Shown here: positions 25,391-32,000 of the stretch, piece by piece
Numbering within the stretch: the first letter of the stretch is position 1
How the letters are laid out: every line of letters starts with the position of its first letter
NCBI GenBank assembly: GCA_028700115.1
Contig: JAQVTI010000011.1
Location: forward strand, 1 to 32,000
Origin: Candidatus Iainarchaeum sp.
GTDB lineage: Archaea > Iainarchaeota > Iainarchaeia > Iainarchaeales > CSSED10-239
DNA length: 32,000 nt
Reading direction: 5' to 3'
Notes under the pieces: model-generated
Database searches by the model: none
What the model was told of the DNA's origin: nothing
Seen by the model: the letters and a program-made list of their open reading frames with translations, nothing else
Translations under genes and position numbers: made by a program

Positions 25391-27631
25391 TTAAAATATC
25401 ATATTTGCAAGAATTGTTGTAATTATAAATAATATTGTTGCAATTGGTAAAGTTCTTGCAATATTTAATTTAGCAAGAGTAATGTTGTCTTGTTCTATCA
25501 TAGTTGTAAAAAATGTTATAATGATTACAACTTGAATAACATAGATTGCAACAATTATTAAAAAGGCTGTAGGAGAAGCAAGTTGAGAAATTACAGTAGT
25601 ATCAATTGAACCCATACTACTAATTGAACTTGCATTAACATTTACACCAATTGCACTAACCCCATCTTTTACACCTTCAATTGCAGAAGTCATATCTTCC
25701 ATTGTATTACTGTTTGCAATTGAATAAAGTGTAGAAATTACAATTTTTTGAAGAGCTGTAGTTATTCCTAAAACTATAGGGGCAATAAATTTAGACATGC
25801 TTTTTAGAGTTGTTGTTACAGAACTAATTAAGTCTCTTAACATTTTAGAAACTTCATCAGTGTTTCTTAACTGCAGAGAGTATGACATTAATGTTTTTGC
25901 AGCAACTGAAACTCCTAACTGAACAGAATCTACTAAAAGTCTCATAGCTGAATTAATAAGATTAGAAGGATTATTTTTAAGAGCACCATAACTTGGATCA
26001 AACAAAGCTGAATTTAAATTAAGTCCTAAAACTCTTATGTTATCAATTGCTTTTCCAAATATGTTTTTAGAAATTAAAGCTTTTGGTAAAAAGTTTTTTG
26101 TATGACTTAAAGCATCTTCAATTGGTTTGTTTTCACCAAGTCTACTTGCAATTACATATAGTGCATCTTTAAATTCGTCTTCCATTTTTTCAGTTTCTAA
26201 TTGTATTTCTCTTTTATATTTACTTTGAGAATATAAGACTATAGAAATTAATAAACTAATTAAGATTAACATTCCATAAATTATATAATGAGGAGTAATA
26301 TCATTTTCTGATCTTGCCCAAAACTCTTGTTCTGAAGCACATTTAAATTCAGAATCTGCTGCTTTTTCAACTTGTTCTGCTTTTGTACAATAAAAATCTG
26401 CTTCACTTATTTCTTGACTATCTGTAATATAACCAGATTGAATAAGTATACTTTTTTTAGTTTGACCAAACTCAGATTGTAAAAATACACTTCCTGCAAT
26501 TAAAATTACACTTACTATAATTATTAAAATACCTATATGTAAATGAGCTTTTCCTATTTTTATTGTGTTTTTAGGAGGAAGCTTTGGGTAATTGTCTGGT
26601 ATTTTAGGAGGTCTGTAAGTAGAAGGTTTGTTTCTTATTATCTTTTTTGCATAAAACAAACAACCTATAGGAATAATTATATTATATATTAAAATTAAAT
26701 AAATTGGTTTTGCAAGAGCAGAACCTGAAAAAGCAGAACCAACTGGTAGAACAATAATTAAAAGTAAAGGAAGTAATACCCCTAAATAAAAAATACCCAT
26801 TGCTGGTTGTGCTAAACTTCTTGCATAATCTTCTAGTTTTTCTTTTATGGATTTTAAAGTCTCAGACATTGTTTGATCTAAGATTTGATATCTTTTTGCC
26901 TCTGAGTTTTCTATAACAGAAGACCTTATTTTCATTAAAGCTTTTTTAAACTCAGTAGAAACTTCTCCCCATTTATAGGCAAGTTCATCTATTCCTTCAG
27001 AAACACTGTTTTTTATACCTACTTTAACTTCCCATAATAATTTTTTTAAATCATCTGCAATTTTTCCATGTCCATGATTTGAAGCAAACTCAATTGCTTT
27101 TTCTAAATTTGGAACTAATTTCATAGACATTATCATATATCCTAAAATTTCTGGAACAAAAGTTAATGCTAAAATTTTTTCAGATTGTACTTTTTTTAAA
27201 GGATAATTTTGAAAATTTATATAAATTATTATAAAAATAAATATTGGAAGAATAAAAGTAATTATAATAGGCATTATAATTATATCAAATAAAGAAAATA
27301 ATAAATCATAACCAAATAAATATATTAAATAACTAATAAGACCTGTAAGAAAAATACCAAAAAAAAGAATAAATTTTAAAGTAGCAGAATATTCTTTTCC
27401 AGATAAATCCCAATTAAGAAAATCAACTGCATTTTTTAAATCTGGTCTAAAAGAAGAATTATTACCAAGACTAGGAAATTTATTATATATTTTTTTACAA
27501 AAAATAACATAATAATTTTGTTTTTTTCTTTCTAATTTATTTATATTTTTAGAAAAATCTCTACTTTCTATAGATATTGAACTATATATTTTTCCAGGAC
27601 TTGTTTTTGGGGGTCTTATTATATCAGACAT
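25391..27631 (-). CDS. Archaeal type IV pilus/archaellum-like platform protein (FlaJ/TadC-like, duplicated T2SSF)
   Basis: 746 aa; two blocks of 'ALTFVPEILGYMIMSMKLVPNLEKAIEFA...' and 'EDEFKDALYVIASRLGENKPIEDAL...' followed by TM helix sets. Confidence 0.85.
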   Translation of the reverse strand: MSDIIRPPKTSPGKIYSSISIESRDFSKNINKLERKKQNYYVIFCKKIYNKFPSLGNNSSFRPDLKNAVDFLNWDLSGKEYSATLKFILFFGIFLTGLISYLIYLFGYDLLFSLFDIIIMPIIITFILPIFIFIIIYINFQNYPLKKVQSEKILALTFVPEILGYMIMSMKLVPNLEKAIEFASNHGHGKIADDLKKLLWEVKVGIKNSVSEGIDELAYKWGEVSTEFKKALMKIRSSVIENSEAKRYQILDQTMSETLKSIKEKLEDYARSLAQPAMGIFYLGVLLPLLLIIVLPVGSAFSGSALAKPIYLILIYNIIIPIGCLFYAKKIIRNKPSTYRPPKIPDNYPKLPPKNTIKIGKAHLHIGILIIIVSVILIAGSVFLQSEFGQTKKSILIQSGYITDSQEISEADFYCTKAEQVEKAADSEFKCASEQEFWARSENDITPHYIIYGMLILISLLISIVLYSQSKYKREIQLETEKMEDEFKDALYVIASRLGENKPIEDALSHTKNFLPKALISKNIFGKAIDNIRVLGLNLNSALFDPSYGALKNNPSNLINSAMRLLVDSVQLGVSVAAKTLMSYSLQLRNTDEVSKMLRDLISSVTTTLKSMSKFIAPIVLGITTALQKIVISTLYSIANSNTMEDMTSAIEGVKDGVSAIGVNVNASSISSMGSIDTTVISQLASPTAFLIIVAIYVIQVVIIITFFTTMIEQDNITLAKLNIARTLPIATILFIITTILANMIF

Positions 27632-27824
27632 TTTTATTCTCTTTTAATTTATAGTTTTAATTTTTAATTTTTTGAAATTATACTATATTTTGAAATTATA
27701 CTATATTTTATATTTTAAATAAAAATTAATATATATTATATTTATTAAGTAAAAAGAAATATTTAAATATATGTTTATTTACTTTAAAATTATAAAACTA
27801 AATAAAATTAGAAGGTGTGAAAAT

Positions 27825-28010
27825 ATGATTAAAATAAAACAAGATAGAAATGCATGTATTGGATGTGGGGCATGTGTTTCAGTATGCCCAGAAAATTGGG
27901 AATTTAAAGGAAATAAACCAATTCCAAAAAAAACAGAAGTAAAAGAAATTGGCTGTAATAGACAAGCTGCAGATGTTTGCCCTGTAAGATGTATTGAAAT
28001 TGAAGAGTGA
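27825..28010 (+). CDS. Ferredoxin, [4Fe-4S]
   Basis: 'ACIGCGACVSVCPENW' and 'VCPVRCIEIEE'. SD aaggtg upstream of ATG 27825, so the track start at 27771 is probably too long. Confidence 0.88.
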   Translation: MIKIKQDRNACIGCGACVSVCPENWEFKGNKPIPKKTEVKEIGCNRQAADVCPVRCIEIEE

Positions 28011-28015
28011 TAGAT

Positions 28016-28516
28016 ATGCCAAAAAATATAATTAAAAAAAATATAATTACAGAAAAATCATTAGAATCTTTAAAAAAAAAATTAATAGAAAGAAAAACTA
28101 AAGAAAAAGAAGAATCAAATGTTTTTACTAAAAAAATTAAACTAAAAAATTTAAATTATTATAAAAAATTATCCTATTTTTTAGATATTATTTATAAAAA
28201 TAAATTTATGGAAGATAAAAAAATAACTTCTTTATCTGCATTTATAGAAGATACTATATTACAAAGAAATTTAATTAAATCAAATTTAATTACATCAGAT
28301 AATTATCTTAAAAATGGATTAAATAAACCAATAATTAAAAAATTTATAAAATTAAAAATAATTAATATAGAAACAGGAACATTATATAAAGAAATTGAAA
28401 AATATGCAAATAATAAAAATAAAAAATTAGATAATTCTTTCTTTGAAAATTTAAAAACAAATGAATTTGAAGAAATAATTATAAATTCTATAAAAAGAGC
28501 TAATAGAAATTTATAA
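28016..28516 (+). CDS. Hypothetical protein
   Basis: 166 aa; ATG at 28016 preferred over GTG at 28007; directly downstream of the ferredoxin. Confidence 0.6.
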   Translation: MPKNIIKKNIITEKSLESLKKKLIERKTKEKEESNVFTKKIKLKNLNYYKKLSYFLDIIYKNKFMEDKKITSLSAFIEDTILQRNLIKSNLITSDNYLKNGLNKPIIKKFIKLKIINIETGTLYKEIEKYANNKNKKLDNSFFENLKTNEFEEIIINSIKRANRNL

Positions 28517-28618
28517 AATATATATAAAAACATATTTATAAAAATTAGAAAAAAAATAAAAATAAGAAAGAAATAAAAATAAGAAAGATTTATTAATTTT
28601 TAAATATATATATACATT

Positions 28619-29367
28619 ATGGATAAAAAATTAAACTTTGGTATAGCAGGATTTTCAGATTTATCATACAAAATACCAAAATCTTCTAAAAATCCTACTG
28701 CAGATTCTATTTCTTTAATTTCAGAGATAGGGCTTTCTGCTTTAGAAATTGAATTTGTAAGACAAGTTTATTTAAAAAATACTTCTGAAGAAAAAATTAC
28801 ACAAATTAAAGAAAATGCGATTCATTAAATGTTGGACAAAAAATAAGTGCAAAAAATATAGTTGTACATATTGGTTATTTTTTAAAACAAGAACCTAAAA
28901 AAGTTTTAGAACATATTTCTGAAAATATACAAGATATATATAATAATTATAAAGGAGATACCCTTTTAGGAATTGAACTTACTGGCAAAAAATCTCAAGT
29001 TGGGTCTTTAGATGAACTTTTTTATTTTTATAATAAATTTCCTAAATTTGTATTACCTGTAATTGATTTTGCACATCAACATGCAAGAGAAAATGGTTAT
29101 TTTAATAATAAAAAAAATATATTAGATTTTTTTGAAAAATTAGATAGTTATCCTGAATTAAAAAAAAATTTACATATGCATATTTCTGGTATAAATTATA
29201 CTGAAAAAGGTGAAATAAATCATTTACCTTTTAGAAAAAGTGATTTTCCATATAAATATATTTTGAAAGAATTAAAAGATAGAAATTATAAAGGAACTAT
29301 TATTTGTGAATCCCCAGAAACAGTATCTGATTGTTTATTTATAAAAAATATATATAATAAATTATAA
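28619..29367 (+). pseudogene. Endonuclease IV-like (AP endonuclease family 2/TIM barrel), frameshifted and internally deleted
   Basis: Frame 2 gives 'EIGLSALEIEFVRQVYLKNTSEEKITQIKENAIH*'. Frame 1 from about 28819 gives 'LNVGQKISAKNIVVHIGYFL...LLGIELTGK...VIDFAHQHARENG...LHMHISGI...IICESP...'. The HAPY-type motif region is missing at the junction. Confidence 0.65.
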
Positions 29368-29381
29368 TTTAATAAAATTAA

Positions 29382-29681
29382 TTATAAAAGTTCCCAATCA
29401 TTATTTTTTGAATTTGATCCAAATTTTTTTATAATTTTATCATTTACTGAAATTAAATCTTTACTTTCATCTTTTTCTTTTTTAGTTGTAAAACCTGTTT
29501 CAACATCTGATTTTTGAGATATTAAAAATCTTTTTCTTAAAGAATTAATTTTATCTATACTATCTTCTTTTATATTCCCAGAATATCCACACACATTACA
29601 AATATATTTTTTAGTTTCTTTCTTATAATTTAAATTTAAAGAATAACATTCTGGGCAATATTTATATAGCATATTAATCAC
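29382..29681 (-). CDS. Small zinc-ribbon protein
   Basis: 'KYCPECYSLNLNYKKETKKYICNVCGYSG' CxxC...CxxC. Confidence 0.7.
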   Translation of the reverse strand: MINMLYKYCPECYSLNLNYKKETKKYICNVCGYSGNIKEDSIDKINSLRKRFLISQKSDVETGFTTKKEKDESKDLISVNDKIIKKFGSNSKNNDWELL

Positions 29682-29816
29682 ATATATTTAATTTATATTT
29701 CACATTATAAAAATAGTTCATAATCTTTATAAATATATAGTTTAATAAATTAATTAATAATAAAGATTAATAATTATATAAAAATTAATTAAAATTAAAA
29801 TATTGGAGAAACAAAT

Positions 29817-31013
29817 ATGGAAATAAATAAAACAGAAATAGGAGTTTGTGCATTTGGACTAAAAACAGGTATTATTACTTTTGATGATAATATGAAAGAT
29901 GTTGTTAAAAAATATTTTGACAAAAATAAAAATATATTAAATAATAAAGATATTTTATGTATGACAGAAGCAGTTGTTGCAATTACTCAAAAAAATTTTG
30001 TAAATTTAGAAGATGTATCTATAGAAATTAAAAATAAATTAAATTTAAAAGAAAATTCTACAATTGGAATTGTTTTTCCAATATTTTCAAGAAATAGATT
30101 TTCAATGATTTTAAAAGCAATTGCAAAAACAGTTCCTTTAGGAAAAGTAATTATTCAATTATCTTTCCCAAGAGATGAACAAGGTAATCCTATACTTTCT
30201 AAAGATTTTTGTATAGATAATAATATTACTTTAGACGAAAAATTAGATTTAAAAAAATTAGATAATTTAGGAAAAAGATATTTGCATCCAGAAACAGGTA
30301 TGGATTATATTGATTTTTATAAACAAATTGTAGAAAAAGAATCAAAAAATGTAGAAATCTATCTTGCAAATAAACTAAATTACATAATTAATTCAAAACC
30401 AGATGGAATTATTTGTTGTAATGTTCATAATAGACAAAATATTTTAAATGAAATTAAAAAATTAGGTTATAAAAATATAATTACTTTACAAGATATTTGT
30501 TCTAATTCTTCTAAAAAAGAATATTCAGAATATGGACTTTTGGGGTCAAATATATTAGATCCAGAAAAAAATATATTAAAACTTGCTCCAAAAGATGGAG
30601 ATTTATTATGTGAAAATATTAAACAAATGATATTTGAAGAATTTGATAAAGATATAGAAGTATTAATATATGGAGACGGTGCCTATAAAGATCCAGAATC
30701 AGGAATATATGAACTTGCAGATCCAGTTTCATGTTTTGGATGTACAAAAAATATTAAAAATAAAAATAAAACAGGTGTTAAATCAAAATATTTAATGCAA
30801 AAACTTTATAGTCAAGGAAAAAATAAAAAAGAAATATTAGAATTTATAGAAAATGAAAAACAAAGAGTTTTAAAAGAAAATAATAAAAATGATTTTTCAT
30901 CAGAAGGAACAACTCCACGAAAAATAGAAAATTTAATATCTTCTCTTGCAGATTTAATTTCTGGTTCTGCTGATTCAAATACTCCTTTAGTTTTAGTTAA
31001 AAATTATCTTTAA
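29817..31013 (+). CDS. Coenzyme F420-0:L-glutamate ligase (CofE)-like protein
   Basis: Overall pattern 'KNKDILCMTEAVVAITQKNFVNL', 'VLIYGDGAYKDPESGIYELADPV', 'GTTPRKIENLISSLADLISGSADSNTPLVLV', as in the F420_ligase family. Confidence 0.6.
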   Translation: MEINKTEIGVCAFGLKTGIITFDDNMKDVVKKYFDKNKNILNNKDILCMTEAVVAITQKNFVNLEDVSIEIKNKLNLKENSTIGIVFPIFSRNRFSMILKAIAKTVPLGKVIIQLSFPRDEQGNPILSKDFCIDNNITLDEKLDLKKLDNLGKRYLHPETGMDYIDFYKQIVEKESKNVEIYLANKLNYIINSKPDGIICCNVHNRQNILNEIKKLGYKNIITLQDICSNSSKKEYSEYGLLGSNILDPEKNILKLAPKDGDLLCENIKQMIFEEFDKDIEVLIYGDGAYKDPESGIYELADPVSCFGCTKNIKNKNKTGVKSKYLMQKLYSQGKNKKEILEFIENEKQRVLKENNKNDFSSEGTTPRKIENLISSLADLISGSADSNTPLVLVKNYL

Positions 31014-31037
31014 AAATATAATATAATTGTGATAAAT

Positions 31038-31190
31038 ATGCCTATTTTAAAAAGAAAAAGAATAATTAGAAAAAATGAAAAAATTGTAACATCAAAAGCA
31101 AATAAATATGATAGAATATTAAGTTTAGATGAAGAAAAGGAATTAATGAAAAAAGAAATGGATAAAATTAAAAATTTAAGAAAAAAATAA
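31038..31190 (+). CDS. 50-aa basic hypothetical protein
   Basis: MPILKRKRIIRKNEKIVTSKANKYDRILSLDEEKELMKKEMDKIKNLRKK*; not in supplied track; just downstream of the CofE-like gene. Confidence 0.4.
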   Translation: MPILKRKRIIRKNEKIVTSKANKYDRILSLDEEKELMKKEMDKIKNLRKK

Positions 31191-31198
31191 ATCTTTAA

Positions 31199-32000
31199 TT
31201 ATTTAGGAAGAATTAAATTTAATATAATTCCAATAATTGAAGCTAGACCTACACCTTCTAAACTAAAATTCCCAAAGTTAATTATAGCTCCACCAACTCC
31301 AATTGTAAGTATAACTCCTATAATTATCATATTTCTTGTTTTATCTAAATTAATTTTATTATTTATTAAAGTTTTTATACCTACATTTGTAATCATACCA
31401 TATAATAAAATCATTATCCCCCCTAAAATAGCATCTGGTATAGTTTGTAAAAAACCACTAATTTTACCAATAAAAGAAAAAATAATGGCTGTTATTGCAG
31501 AAATTCTTAAAATAGAAGGATCTTTTAATTTAGTCATAATAATAGCCCCAGTAACTTCAGAATAAGTTGTATTTGGAGGACCCCCTAAAAAACCTGCAAA
31601 AATAGTTGCAAGCCCATCTCCTAATAAAGTTTTTTTAAGTCCTGGTTTTTCTATAAAATTATTCCCAGTTGCATTTCCAATTGCATACATATCTCCTATA
31701 TGTTCTATTATAGGAGCAATTGCAACTGGAAGCATTAAAATTATTGCCTTCCAATTAAATTGAGGAAATATAAATTTTGGGATTTCAATCCATTTAGAAG
31801 AAGTAATAATTGAAAAATCAATATTACCAAAAAATATAGCAATTATATAAGTTAATAAAATACCACTAATAATAGGTAATAATTTAATAGTTTTTTTACC
31901 AAAAATAGAAACACATATAGCAATAATTAATGAAATACCTGCAAAAATCCAATTATTTGAAGCCATAGAAATTGCAGTTGTAGATAAAGATAATCCTATA
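31199..32000 (-). CDS. NCS2 family (uracil/xanthine) permease, 5' end outside window
   Basis: 'GDGLATIFAGFLGGPPNTTYSEVTGAI' and 'IPDAILGGIMILLYGMI'. The frame stays open upstream of Met 31966 to the window edge (IGLSLSTTAISMASNN). Confidence 0.85.
   Translation of the reverse strand, partial: IGLSLSTTAISMASNNWIFAGISLIIAICVSIFGKKTIKLLPIISGILLTYIIAIFFGNIDFSIITSSKWIEIPKFIFPQFNWKAIILMLPVAIAPIIEHIGDMYAIGNATGNNFIEKPGLKKTLLGDGLATIFAGFLGGPPNTTYSEVTGAIIMTKLKDPSILRISAITAIIFSFIGKISGFLQTIPDAILGGIMILLYGMITNVGIKTLINNKINLDKTRNMIIIGVILTIGVGGAIINFGNFSLEGVGLASIIGIILNLILPK

Noticed and set aside
28303-28533. 76-aa minus-strand ORF overlapping 28016..28516
   Set aside because: Phe/Leu-rich antisense translation of a Lys/Glu-rich gene; likely spurious.
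1-32000. Possible reassignment of TGA to Trp across the genome
   Set aside because: Several ORFs end in TGA with another stop soon after (1540, 6990, 19317, 28008), but those extensions carry no recognisable motif. Trp is encoded by TGG in many conserved motifs, and large ORFs have no internal TGA, so only the radical SAM case is noteworthy.

Overview
This is a very AT-rich archaeal window, most likely from a DPANN lineage such as Woesearchaeota or Pacearchaeota. That assignment is inferred from gene content, GGTGAT-type Shine-Dalgarno sites, class III (type IV pilin-like) signal peptides and a FlaJ/TadC-like platform protein. Recognisable genes include an alpha/beta hydrolase, a DsbA/thioredoxin-like protein, a degenerate protein-kinase-like protein, a CPBP/CAAX-type membrane protease, a GNAT acetyltransferase, a DUF2207-like protein, an ArsR-type regulator, a glutaredoxin, a SPOUT/TrmH-like methyltransferase, lysyl-tRNA synthetase class II, a very large secreted protein, a pilin/platform-protein cluster, a ferredoxin, an F420-0 gamma-glutamyl-ligase-like protein and an NCS2-type permease. 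The most interesting locus is at about 7.6-9.0 kb on the minus strand. There, a 41-aa ORF absent from the supplied track has a strong Shine-Dalgarno and a Cys-containing tail (ADTVPCAHNQF). It lies 5 nt upstream of a radical SAM/SPASM protein, which is followed 1 nt later by a small PqqD/RRE-like ORF. This looks like a minimal RiPP-type peptide-modification operon. The radical SAM frame is broken by an in-frame TGA inside the SPASM cysteine cluster, and the motif continues perfectly past it. Other notable items are an 822-aa decapeptide-repeat protein and an endonuclease IV-like gene with a frameshift and an internal deletion. No tRNA, rRNA, CRISPR array or transposon was recognised.
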